In this document: in pieces, positions 1 to 8,517 of the stretch
How positions within the stretch are numbered: position 1 is the stretch's first letter
Layout of the letters: each line of letters starts with the position of its first letter
From: a virus
UHGV virus genome: UHGV-0090445
Direction: 5' to 3' (one strand)
Length of the DNA stretch: 40,035 nt
Made by a program: the position numbers and the translations under genes
Notes under the pieces: generated by a model
Seen by the model: the letters and a program-made list of their open reading frames with translations, nothing else
Told to the model about the DNA's origin: nothing
The model's database searches: none

Positions 1-49
1 TGACGGGTAAAAAGTGGATAAAATAATTTTACCCACCGGATTTTTACCC

Positions 50-1207
50 ATGCTCACCGTTAAGCAGATTGAAGCAGCAAAGCCGAAAGAAAAACCATAC
101 CGCCTTCTCGATGGTAATGGCCTGTACCTTTATGTCCCTGTGTCAGGGAAAAAGGTATGGCAGCTTCGCTACAAGATTGACGGTAAGGAGAAAATCCTTA
201 CCGTCGGAAAATATCCGCTTATGACTTTACAGGAGGCAAGGGATAAAGCATGGACCGCGAGGAAAGACATCTCGGTTGGCATCGATCCGGTAAAAGCGAA
301 AAAGGCTTCGTCTAACAACAATTCCTTTAGTGCGATTTACAAGGAATGGTACGAGCACAAGAAGCAAGTATGGTCAGTAGGCTATGCAACTGAACTTGCC
401 AAAATGTTTGATGACGACATTTTACCCATCATCGGCGGCCTTGAGATTCAGGATATTGAGCCGATGCAACTGCTGGAAGTAATCCGCAGATTTGAAGATC
501 GCGGTGCAATGGAACGAGCCAACAAAGCACGCAGAAGATGCGGCGAGGTTTTCCGTTACGCTATTGTCACCGGAAGGGCTAAATATAACCCGGCACCTGA
601 TCTTGCTGACGCCATGAAGGGATACCGCAAGAAGAACTTCCCGTTTCTTCCTGCAGACCAGATCCCGGCATTCAACAAAGCACTGGCAACATTTTCAGGA
701 AGTATCGTATCGCTCATTGCGACCAAAGTTTTACGCTACACAGCCCTAAGAACGAAAGAGCTTCGTTCCATGCAATGGAAGAACGTCGATTTTGAAAACA
801 GGATTATCACTATCGACGCCAGTGTGATGAAGGGACGCAAGATTCATGTGGTCCCGATGTCGGACCAGGTGGTTGAACTTCTCACTACGTTAAGCTCCAT
901 CACCAAACCAGTATCAGAGTTTGTTTTTGCCGGGCGTAACGATAAGAAGAAGCCAATCTGCGAGAACGCGGTGCTACTTGTGATCAAACAAATCGGCTAT
1001 GAAGGTCTGGAAAGCGGTCACGGATTCAGGCATGAATTCAGCACGATTATGAACGAGCACGAATGGCCTGCTGACGCTATTGAAGTGCAACTGGCACATG
1101 CCAACGGCGGATCTGTGCGTGGAATTTACAACCATGCTCAGTATCTAGATAAGCGCAGAGAAATGATGCAGTGGTGGGCGGACTGGCTTGATGGGAAGGT
1201 GGTGTAA
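50..1207 (+). CDS. int: Tyrosine integrase, P4/CP4-57-like family
   Basis: ORF 14..1207 (GTG at 14; first ATG at 50 giving MLTVKQIEAAKPK...). N-terminal arm-binding-like region typical of P4-type integrases; C-terminal catalytic region with HGFRHEF...RGIYNHAQY (His/Arg/Tyr motif). Start choice between 14 and 50 is uncertain. Confidence 0.9.
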   Translation: MLTVKQIEAAKPKEKPYRLLDGNGLYLYVPVSGKKVWQLRYKIDGKEKILTVGKYPLMTLQEARDKAWTARKDISVGIDPVKAKKASSNNNSFSAIYKEWYEHKKQVWSVGYATELAKMFDDDILPIIGGLEIQDIEPMQLLEVIRRFEDRGAMERANKARRRCGEVFRYAIVTGRAKYNPAPDLADAMKGYRKKNFPFLPADQIPAFNKALATFSGSIVSLIATKVLRYTALRTKELRSMQWKNVDFENRIITIDASVMKGRKIHVVPMSDQVVELLTTLSSITKPVSEFVFAGRNDKKKPICENAVLLVIKQIGYEGLESGHGFRHEFSTIMNEHEWPADAIEVQLAHANGGSVRGIYNHAQYLDKRREMMQWWADWLDGKVV

Positions 1208-1255
1208 CGCCACCTTCTTTTCATTTAACAATTTATAATTAACCAGACAATTGAT

Positions 1256-3238
1256 TTAAGCGCTTGCAATAAAATCCATTTCGAATAGCTGTATTCTATC
1301 GTCTGTTATGTAGGCCTCGAAATATGTTCCATCATATGATGATAACTTAACTCCATTTATATGACCAGCATATGTATCATTGTGCATAATAATTAACTGC
1401 CCGTCACCCTTTCCTACATATTTGCACGTCCATGTCCCATTTGTTTTTGTGCTGTTAAGTAATGTAGTCGTTGACTGCACTCCATCCTTACATATTATAC
1501 CTTTTGCTTCATTTCCTATATACCTTATTCCAAAGTAATTTCCTGATTCCACGGAGCCACAAACTATAAAACCATTTAGTGAATTAACTCCAGATGTAAT
1601 TCCATAAGCAACAGCAAAACCAAGATAGTTAAATGTTTCATATTTTAATACAAGCCGTCGCTCTCTTTTATATCTTACAAGTGCCGTACCGCCAACAGTC
1701 CCCGCTCTTACAACTAATCCACCTTCTGCATAATATTCCAACCCTGAACCTGAGCCGGTTACTTTATTGGTAAATTTATCATAGTCTTGAAATTGAGTAT
1801 GGTGCCTTGTTGTCGCAAGCGTAAATGAAGATGTTACTCCATTAATTGATTTTGTAGCTGTTTCAGTTATAAGCCCTACCTGTACTCCATCAACCCTACT
1901 TTGCGCAACTTTACCAATGCACATACCAAAATCATTACCGATAATGATACCGCCTATCGAAACAGCAACCCAACTTTTTAGTGTGCCAGACATTGGCTTT
2001 AGCGCCTGTCCTATTCTTGTTGAGTTTGAGCTTAATACTCCTCCATGCTTTACAACCATCCCTTTATCATTAATTTCGTTACCGAAATCGCATGATTCAA
2101 CTGATATTGTACTATTATATGCCTCAATACACTTATCAACTCCTACCCCATTGAATGAACAATCATTAACAGCGCCAGATGTGCATCCATAAAATTCAAC
2201 TGAAGCATTTTCATCACTGTGTGTTCTATTTGTAAAGTTTAAAGCGTGCAACTCTGGGCTGTATGGTGTGCCTCCGCATGAAAATACCTGGGCTGACCTA
2301 ACATTAACTGTTGTTCTGTCGGTAGTTCTACTTACTATAACAATGTTTGCTTGTTGCGATGCGCCAGGTGGGAATAGAGGTGTGCACCCCCTCTTGCTTC
2401 TGATTACTATGTCTTCATCATAAGTTCCTGGTGCAATTGAGATAATAATTCTCTGCCAATAATTATTTGGGATATCGTCAATTGCTTCCTGAATGGTCCG
2501 GTAATCTTCCGGAACCATGAGTGTTACAGGCATCGTGTAAATACCCGCCACTGTTGACGAGTCAACGCCAAATGGATGGATGTAACCGCGATACGGATCA
2601 TTACCCCCGATAGTATTGATAAATCCTTCAATGCGTACTTTTGCTGAGTTAGTGTACAGATAACCACATTCACCAATATCTACGCGGAACTTCGCCGGGA
2701 TAGTCAGATCTTCTGTAAATTCCACTGGAACGTTGACAAAAACTCGTCCGTTACCAGAGGCGATGGCGCGTTTGAAAGCCTGCGTGTAGTCTGGAGCTGC
2801 TGGGTCTCCTGGCTCAACAAATGCGCGTAGGTCATAAAATCTTTCCTGCTGACCACCAGGGATTAAAAAACCTTTATCTCCTTCAAGCTCCTGCCTTAAC
2901 TGATCAGGGTCATACTTCAATACGTTTGGATAGTAAAATTGCTGTACGCCATATGCATCATATACAGCCATAGAATGGCCTTGCACAGTTACGAATTTGG
3001 CAATCTGTCCGTTATATACAGGATAACCAGCAGCGTTAATGATTATTGGTTGCGAAACAGGAACATGAGAACCATCTTCGTTTTCTACATAAACCTGAAT
3101 CTGGTTTTCAGGATTTACCGGGTCAGTGTCAATTTTACCGATATAAATTTTGCCATTGGCTACCGCTTTAAAAGAACGAGCCATAGTGAAGAGTTGCGAA
3201 GGCATCGATACGATCACATTGGCTGTAATGTCTGTCAT
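1256..3238 (-). CDS. Tailspike protein, P22 gp9 family (conserved N-terminal head-binding domain, divergent receptor-binding body)
   Basis: 660 aa; N-terminus [11 protein letters not shown]...[35 protein letters not shown]...[12 protein letters not shown] closely matches the remembered P22 tailspike head-binding domain; remainder is not P22-like. Confidence 0.9.
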   Translation of the reverse strand: MTDITANVIVSMPSQLFTMARSFKAVANGKIYIGKIDTDPVNPENQIQVYVENEDGSHVPVSQPIIINAAGYPVYNGQIAKFVTVQGHSMAVYDAYGVQQFYYPNVLKYDPDQLRQELEGDKGFLIPGGQQERFYDLRAFVEPGDPAAPDYTQAFKRAIASGNGRVFVNVPVEFTEDLTIPAKFRVDIGECGYLYTNSAKVRIEGFINTIGGNDPYRGYIHPFGVDSSTVAGIYTMPVTLMVPEDYRTIQEAIDDIPNNYWQRIIISIAPGTYDEDIVIRSKRGCTPLFPPGASQQANIVIVSRTTDRTTVNVRSAQVFSCGGTPYSPELHALNFTNRTHSDENASVEFYGCTSGAVNDCSFNGVGVDKCIEAYNSTISVESCDFGNEINDKGMVVKHGGVLSSNSTRIGQALKPMSGTLKSWVAVSIGGIIIGNDFGMCIGKVAQSRVDGVQVGLITETATKSINGVTSSFTLATTRHHTQFQDYDKFTNKVTGSGSGLEYYAEGGLVVRAGTVGGTALVRYKRERRLVLKYETFNYLGFAVAYGITSGVNSLNGFIVCGSVESGNYFGIRYIGNEAKGIICKDGVQSTTTLLNSTKTNGTWTCKYVGKGDGQLIIMHNDTYAGHINGVKLSSYDGTYFEAYITDDRIQLFEMDFIASA

Positions 3239-3370
3239 TTAATTTGCTCCAGATACAAGGAATCACCGCAGCATGGCTACGGTTGGTGTTTGTTGCATAC
3301 CGAAATGGTACGATTGTTGATTTGTACAGTAGGTTTTACGATGCCATTCCACCCATTTGGTGAGGCATTG

Positions 3371-3628
3371 ATGATGTACAGCAAATACGATGAGGCGCAG
3401 TTCCACTTGAGGCTTACGCACGAGTTGCACGCTAAGATTAAGCAACGTGCAAAAATGAATAACAGGTCTATCAATTCCGAAATTGTGGCTACGATGGAAG
3501 AATCACTCTCCAAACCATCACCTGTAAGCGGGTATCGTGATGAAGAAGAGAGGCTGGCCTCATTAATCTCGGAACGAGTAAAAGAAGTTGTGGCTGATAT
3601 CCTTAGAAAAGAAAAAACCCGCGATTAA
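3371..3628 (+). CDS. Mnt-like ribbon-helix-helix repressor (second copy)
   Basis: Internal start of ORF 2939..3628 at ATG 3371 with SD GGTGAGG upstream; product ...NNRSINSEIVATMEESLSKPSPVSGYRDEEERLA... resembles P22 Mnt (NGRSMNSE...SKPSPVTGYRNDAERLA). The upstream part of the track ORF is antisense to the tailspike and rejected. Confidence 0.75.
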   Translation: MMYSKYDEAQFHLRLTHELHAKIKQRAKMNNRSINSEIVATMEESLSKPSPVSGYRDEEERLASLISERVKEVVADILRKEKTRD

Positions 3629-3636
3629 GCGGGTTT
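3605..3636 (-). terminator. Intrinsic terminator for the ant2-orf73 transcript (between convergent genes)
   Basis: Hairpin AAACCCGC-GATTAA-GCGGGTTT at 3615..3636; on the minus strand it is followed by a T-rich run (complement of 3604..3614). Confidence 0.45.
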
Positions 3637-3642
3637 AGTTGG

Positions 3643-3864
3643 TTAGTTATCAAAAAGTCCGTACGTTTCTTCTTCTTTAGGTGTAAGGGGAAGAATCTCT
3701 ACTCTATCTATAGATACCTTTTCAATGTACCCATGAGGTCTACTTAAAATTAAAGCTCTCTCATGCCACAGAACTCCAAGAATGTGATACCTTCCAGCAT
3801 CGCCTTTTACCCTGGCTCTTCCTTTGATTCTTGGCGGCATAATGCCATATTTTTTCTTTGCCAT
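3643..3864 (-). CDS. Hypothetical protein (73 aa), translationally coupled to upstream antirepressor gene
   Basis: ORF from track; its start overlaps the stop of the 3864..4643 ORF (ATGA); basic N-terminus MAKKKYG; no family recognised. Confidence 0.4.
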   Translation of the reverse strand: MAKKKYGIMPPRIKGRARVKGDAGRYHILGVLWHERALILSRPHGYIEKVSIDRVEILPLTPKEEETYGLFDN

Positions 3865-4592
3865 TATGCAACATTACTCCCATGAATCAGGTGTTGTAGT
3901 GCTTTAACACCCTCCGCATTGTAGCGGAATGCTTCCACCTGTTTGCTTGAATGCGCAGATTTATCCAAGAAGAACTTCCCGTACTGCTCAGTTTTGAGGT
4001 TGTTTGCGTTAGCAATGCGACCAATCTTGTTGGCCGTTACTCCAAGCTGCTCTGCAACCTCCCCTGCTGAGTAGTAATGCTCTTCTATTGCCGGAAGAGG
4101 TATTGCATTAAAACCAACGAGCGGGTTGATTATACTTGCTGCCGCTGTCTGCTTTGCCTCCGGCGCAAGATTTGGCATCAGATCGAACAGATTGGTAACA
4201 GCTTCAACCGTCATTTTCAATGTTCGCGCTTGACGATACTCAACAAGTCCACTCGCTGATTTACCGCTTTTAATGTGCGCTTCTTGCATACTTTCAAGTT
4301 GGTCTACCAGTGAGCGGCGAACGGCTTTTGACTCGCGAGCGGCAACTCGCAATGCTTGCTTGATTGACATCTCAATGATAACCATCGAAGTTTTGTTCGC
4401 TTTTTGCACTACACTTTTTGTGTAGTGCTCTCCATCCAATTCATCTTCAATTTTCTCGATGAATTTGTTATTACGAACCTCCGGCTCACCGCACTGTCTA
4501 CGAGCCTGATTTACCATCTCAAGCAGGCGCTGGCTGTCAATGGTTTTATCCGTGACAACGGATCCGATGTTTGCTACATTCTTAAAAGTCAT
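3864..4592 (-). CDS. Antirepressor-like protein (KilAC/ANT-like C-terminal region)
   Basis: Track ORF 3864..4643; likely start is ATG at 4592 (MTFKNVANIG...) with SD AAGGAA 6 nt upstream; C-terminal motif EVAEQLGVTANKIGRIANANNL resembles the KilAC/ANT region of the nin-region Rha protein in this window. Confidence 0.6.
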   Translation of the reverse strand: MTFKNVANIGSVVTDKTIDSQRLLEMVNQARRQCGEPEVRNNKFIEKIEDELDGEHYTKSVVQKANKTSMVIIEMSIKQALRVAARESKAVRRSLVDQLESMQEAHIKSGKSASGLVEYRQARTLKMTVEAVTNLFDLMPNLAPEAKQTAAASIINPLVGFNAIPLPAIEEHYYSAGEVAEQLGVTANKIGRIANANNLKTEQYGKFFLDKSAHSSKQVEAFRYNAEGVKALQHLIHGSNVA

Positions 4593-4661
4593 TAGGCATT
4601 CCTTATGTGGTAGTAAGGGTGTGACATAGGCCGCCAGCAGCACACTGGCGGTTTTCTTTTT
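4587..4661 (+). ncRNA. Candidate sar-like antisense RNA covering the ant2 translation start
   Basis: Plus-strand promoter-like -35 GTGACA (4552..4557), 17-nt spacer, -10 TACATT (4575..4580); strong intrinsic terminator CCGCCAG-cagcaca-CTGGCGG + TTTTCTTTTT at 4631..4661. No plus-strand gene precedes it; transcript would be antisense to the ant2 SD and start codon. Confidence 0.35.
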
Positions 4662-4680
4662 GCGCCGTCCGGCGCACCAA

Positions 4681-5403
4681 TCAATGAATCCATTCCTCGC
4701 CGCGAAGTTTTGCCAGCATTGGCTGAGCGTTCTTTACGACAAAATTGTTGGTATCAAGATTCTTCATTTCACGAAGAAGTGATTTCTTGGTTTCTTCTGA
4801 CATGTAGCGAGTCTCATATGCAATATCGTAAATCCTTCCTGAAAGCTCAGAACCAATTTGCTTCATTCCTGGGTAGATGTGTTTGCACATTTGTTGACTC
4901 TTCTCCATCCACAATTGTAAGTAGCAGAGATTAACCAGTTCTTCGTCAGTAAACTGTTTTGCAATCGGTGAGCATTCTGCCTGCCGATCCAAAATATCCA
5001 GCACCCAGCGGCGGAACTCTTTGGCCTTGGGCGTAGAAGCAAACATCGCCACCAAGTGAGCGCCTCGGAGCGAGTAAACTCTGACCGATTTGTTACGTAA
5101 GCTATTGTTTATTCCGTTGACCTTCATATTGAGGGTCAATGACATTGAGTCGGAAAATTCGTCAGCATTACGGGCATAAATTTGGCTGATGGCATCAGTT
5201 TTTTTATAGCCGAGAGCCTTAGCTAGTTCGGCGGAGGTGAACCAGATAGACCCGCCCTCTGTTACAGGGTTAAAAGTGAATCCTTGGAAGTTATAATCTG
5301 ATTTTGCTACAATATTCATGTTAGTTTCCTTGGGTACGGTTACTGACATAGAGGCCCGGTTTGTGTTCGCGCACTTCCGGGCTTCACTATTTTTACTGGG
5401 CAT
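4681..5403 (-). CDS. ant: Antirepressor with Bro-N domain
   Basis: Bro-N-like region FTFNPVTEGGSIWFTSAELAKALGYKK...VRVYSLRGAHLVAMFASTPKAKEFRRWVLDIL; start overlaps the Arc stop (coupling); position matches P22 immI arc-ant. Confidence 0.8.
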   Translation of the reverse strand: MPSKNSEARKCANTNRASMSVTVPKETNMNIVAKSDYNFQGFTFNPVTEGGSIWFTSAELAKALGYKKTDAISQIYARNADEFSDSMSLTLNMKVNGINNSLRNKSVRVYSLRGAHLVAMFASTPKAKEFRRWVLDILDRQAECSPIAKQFTDEELVNLCYLQLWMEKSQQMCKHIYPGMKQIGSELSGRIYDIAYETRYMSEETKKSLLREMKNLDTNNFVVKNAQPMLAKLRGEEWIH

Positions 5404-5584
5404 TAGCTCTTTCCTCTCTCAGGCTTTTAGCCAGTCGCTGCACAATCGCAGAGTTGATAGAAATTCCATCCATTTCAGCTACGCGTCTGATCTCCTCCTT
5501 CATTCGCGCTGGCAAACGAAGCTGGAAACTCTGACTTTTACGACCACTGTAAAGAACATCGCTCATCATCAATATCTCCGTCAT
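5393..5584 (-). CDS. arc: Arc-like ribbon-helix-helix repressor
   Basis: 63 aa; FQLRLPARMKEEIRRVAEMDGISINSAIVQRL resembles P22 Arc (FNLRWPREVLDLVRKVAEENGRSVNSEIYQRV). Confidence 0.8.
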   Translation of the reverse strand: MTEILMMSDVLYSGRKSQSFQLRLPARMKEEIRRVAEMDGISINSAIVQRLAKSLREERANAQ

Positions 5585-5585
5585 A

Positions 5586-5640
5586 ATGACATCACCGTGA
5601 TGTCATGACACCATTATGATGCCATTGCTCATAATGTCAA
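5586..5640. promoter_or_regulatory. immI control region: perfect 10-1-10 palindromic operator plus divergent Pant-like and Pmnt-like promoters
   Basis: ATGACATCAC-C-GTGATGTCAT at 5586..5606 immediately upstream of arc; minus-strand promoter -35 TTGACA (complement of 5635..5640), 17-nt spacer, -10 ATAATG (complement of 5612..5617); plus-strand -10 CATAAT near 5630..5635. Confidence 0.5.
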
Positions 5641-5689
5641 TATGATGCTACTGTGTTTTTTATTGCTCATATGCCTTGCGAATAAGAAA

Positions 5690-5941
5690 ATGTCAGAAAA
5701 AGACGAATCAAATTTCATAGAAAGATTTACGGTTAGAATGCCTGACGGCATGCGTAGTGCTATTGCGGAAAGGGCTAAACGAAACGGTCGATCTATGAAC
5801 TCAGAGATAGTTCAAATTCTTGAGGATGCGTTATCATCTGACGTCTCATCAGTAGACAAATCATTAGATCTTAAACAAATAAAATCTTTACTTGATAAAA
5901 TTTCCAACGAGTTACTGGATAGAATCCCAAAAGACACATAA
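5690..5941 (+). CDS. mnt: Mnt/Arc-family ribbon-helix-helix repressor, divergent from arc-ant
   Basis: Internal start at ATG 5690 of ORF 5642..5941; FTVRMPDGMRSAIAERAKRNGRSMNSEIVQILEDAL is an RHH motif; placement and orientation match P22 mnt. Confidence 0.7.
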   Translation: MSEKDESNFIERFTVRMPDGMRSAIAERAKRNGRSMNSEIVQILEDALSSDVSSVDKSLDLKQIKSLLDKISNELLDRIPKDT

Positions 5942-5991
5942 CAAAACATTATCATCCGGTGTTCTGCTCAAAACTAAGGAGTGGCTACTCA

Positions 5992-6630
5992 ATGAAAAAA
6001 ATAGATATATATAGCGATACATCAGCCTATGTCATAGGCTCATTGGGTTTTTTAATTTTTTTTGTTTGGCAGTACCAGTCACTATCTCCAGGATGGCGAT
6101 TTTTTGGGATGTCTTTGATATCACTTGGTGCAGGAATAGCAACGCAGGTGTTGATGTATCTCTTTAATGGATGGCTCTCAAAAAGAGTTGAGAAAAAAAG
6201 AGCTACTTCAATATGTAGAAGCCTAGCTATTCCAGAAGACTCTACAGATCAGGATGATATTGCAAAATGTTGGCGGTATATGATTGCAAGATACTCAAAT
6301 GAGTTACTGGCAAACAGACTGTCCGACTTAATCGGGGTCGTAGTTACCTCTGTTGGAACAATCATCAGTATAGGGATATCAATTTGGTATGTCGGGATGA
6401 TTGTCTATTTTGTTTGGAATAGAGACTTCAATGAACCTTCCCTTCTTTTTATACCTTTATTTTTCAGGGTATTAGCATTCATATGTGAGTTATTGCTCTC
6501 TTTTTTCTGCAATGTTTTGTTCAACAGATACCCAGGTGAAGCAAGAAAGTTTAATAAAAACTATGATGAGTTAAGGAGAACAGATCCTTTTCTATCAAGT
6601 AAAGAGTTCCGCGATTCCATTCGCAATTAA
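5992..6630 (+). CDS. AT-rich predicted 4-TM inner-membrane protein at the SieA position (candidate superinfection exclusion protein)
   Basis: Start ATG 5992 with SD AAGGAG (5977..5982); four hydrophobic segments; AT-rich by eye; sits between mnt and the gp16 homolog as sieA does in P22. Homology to SieA not verifiable here. Confidence 0.65.
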   Translation: MKKIDIYSDTSAYVIGSLGFLIFFVWQYQSLSPGWRFFGMSLISLGAGIATQVLMYLFNGWLSKRVEKKRATSICRSLAIPEDSTDQDDIAKCWRYMIARYSNELLANRLSDLIGVVVTSVGTIISIGISIWYVGMIVYFVWNRDFNEPSLLFIPLFFRVLAFICELLLSFFCNVLFNRYPGEARKFNKNYDELRRTDPFLSSKEFRDSIRN

Positions 6631-6651
6631 CAACATCCATGACATCAACCC

Positions 6652-8517
6652 TTAGCGATCAGTTGCATCATTGGCAAGTATTGGTCTGATGGCATTTGCG
6701 GCGTTATTCAGCGCTCTTTCATAAGCTGGCGTTCCAGCTTTAGTGTTTGCCAGACGTAAGAGCGCATTCCTAGCCATAGGGCTTTCATAAACCCTCGACA
6801 TAAGGCCAATCCCTGTTTCCCCAGCCAATAGCGCGCCTCCGGTTTTTAGGTTACCAATAACCCTTACCAAAGGCGCGAGTGTCATGCCAGTCTTCGTCAC
6901 AACATTAGCCTCAGATGCTCTTTTGGTAGCATCGAGAATAGATAACATCCCCTCTATCTCTTTTCCGTTCTTCCCACCAAATACAGTTTTAAACACCTGA
7001 CCATTTGCTTGTTTTTGCAGCTTGCCAAGCTCGGTCATCATTTTCTGAGGGCTGTCACCTACCTTGTCAGCTATTTTGCTGATATATGCCGCCCTTAGCA
7101 TGTCTTTACCTTTTTGATCGAGTTTCCCGTACAATCGAGCTATATCTGACCCATATTGTCCATACACAATGGTATTTACAGCCTCGGGAGTTAAATCTCC
7201 TTTGTTTAGAACGTTTTTAAGGCGCGTTTGAGTTGCATGTGTTGCCATTTTTGCATAATCAGCTTTTCCCGCCCTCCATGCTGAAGCATCTTTTGGGCTA
7301 AGTCCTTTCGCTATAGATTTACTAAGGCTATTGGTTAGCGAGTTGTAGACCCTGTCGACCATTGTTTGCGACATTGATGGCAGAACTGTACGATCGCCTT
7401 TTACGTCAATGCGGAACTGAGTTCTCAGCTTATCAAGTAACTCAAAGGCATCATCTCCATTTGTTATCTCCTGAATGGCATTCTTATAATCATTAAGCGC
7501 AGAAATGGTCTGGGTGTCAGAAACACCTTTAAGTTTCCCAAGTTCGTTTACTGCTCCGTCGATAGCTCTTATGGCGCCACTTGTATCAACTGGCTTTCCA
7601 ACCATTCTTCCTGACAGGTTGTTTAGTTTTGACTTGGCTAACGATTTTTCCCTTGCAACGCCTGACTTTAGACTATCAACGACTACAGATGGATCGTAGT
7701 CGCCGTATTTTTCGGTGAAGCGATTAACAAGCTTGGTTCTAGCATCCTGCTGTGCGGCTCTCATTGGTCCAGTCCCAGCTATGACTCCTTCTGAGTAACC
7801 CTGCAGTTGATTGCCAAGTTTTGTTTTTGGAGGAACTACATCCGATGTCATAACTGGTACATCTGCCGCAGCGGCACGCTTGAGCAATTGCTGATCTGCT
7901 GGTGATATTTCGCCACGAACAGCAGTAATTCCACGCCCTATTCCCTTTGCTGCTGCGGAAAGAACCCCCTGAGCGGCAAGGTTAACTCCGGCATTTTTAG
8001 CTGCATTTTGTGCGAAATCGCCTTTCTGATTTGCGGCTTCTGCCAGTGATCCAATAGCCATGCTTCCTGCCGTTCCAACTCCTGGAACTAAATACCCGCC
8101 AATTGTTTCTCCAGCTTGAGCGTAGGGGTCTGTCGGTCGATCGACTGGACGATAGACATCATCCAATACTTTTGGCCCACCAAGCCCCTGGCTGATTGCA
8201 TTAATCAGACTTGCGCCACCCTGCAATACGTCAAATGGTATGTTTACCAGACCACGACCAGCCTGCTCTGCAATTTGCCCTGCACTTTGACCACCAGTGA
8301 GCCAATCGCCAGCTTGTTGCATCAATGATGGTTCTTCTTTCTGCTGCTGAGTCGGAGGGTATGCTGCATAAAACTGATCTCTTGCTTCAGCCCATTTGTC
8401 ACCAGCCTTAGGAGCAACAACCTCATCAAAATATTGCGCTTGAGCCTGTGCTTTCTGTTCTTCAGTTAACGCCTGATACTGTGGAGAGGCGATAACATCT
8501 TTCCATGCTTTAGCCAT
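6652..8517 (-). CDS. Ejection (DNA-transfer) protein, P22 gp16-like
   Basis: 621 aa (P22 gp16 about 609 aa); gene order gp7-gp20-gp16 ahead of immI/tailspike; Ala/Gly-rich. Confidence 0.8.
   Translation of the reverse strand: MAKAWKDVIASPQYQALTEEQKAQAQAQYFDEVVAPKAGDKWAEARDQFYAAYPPTQQQKEEPSLMQQAGDWLTGGQSAGQIAEQAGRGLVNIPFDVLQGGASLINAISQGLGGPKVLDDVYRPVDRPTDPYAQAGETIGGYLVPGVGTAGSMAIGSLAEAANQKGDFAQNAAKNAGVNLAAQGVLSAAAKGIGRGITAVRGEISPADQQLLKRAAAADVPVMTSDVVPPKTKLGNQLQGYSEGVIAGTGPMRAAQQDARTKLVNRFTEKYGDYDPSVVVDSLKSGVAREKSLAKSKLNNLSGRMVGKPVDTSGAIRAIDGAVNELGKLKGVSDTQTISALNDYKNAIQEITNGDDAFELLDKLRTQFRIDVKGDRTVLPSMSQTMVDRVYNSLTNSLSKSIAKGLSPKDASAWRAGKADYAKMATHATQTRLKNVLNKGDLTPEAVNTIVYGQYGSDIARLYGKLDQKGKDMLRAAYISKIADKVGDSPQKMMTELGKLQKQANGQVFKTVFGGKNGKEIEGMLSILDATKRASEANVVTKTGMTLAPLVRVIGNLKTGGALLAGETGIGLMSRVYESPMARNALLRLANTKAGTPAYERALNNAANAIRPILANDATDR

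Noticed and set aside
14-49. GTG-initiated N-terminal extension of the integrase ORF
   Set aside because: This stretch is made up of GGGTAAAA/TTTTACCC repeat motifs and ends at the first ATG (50); it is more likely regulatory DNA than coding, though not excluded.
1208-1255. attP core between integrase and tailspike 3' ends
   Set aside because: A 48-bp AT-rich gap is a plausible location, but without a host attB or a tRNA-like sequence to compare no core can be identified.
2939-3370. Upstream 144 codons of the 229-aa plus-strand ORF
   Set aside because: Antisense to the tailspike 5' region; only the C-terminal 85 codons (from ATG 3371 with an SD) resemble Mnt.
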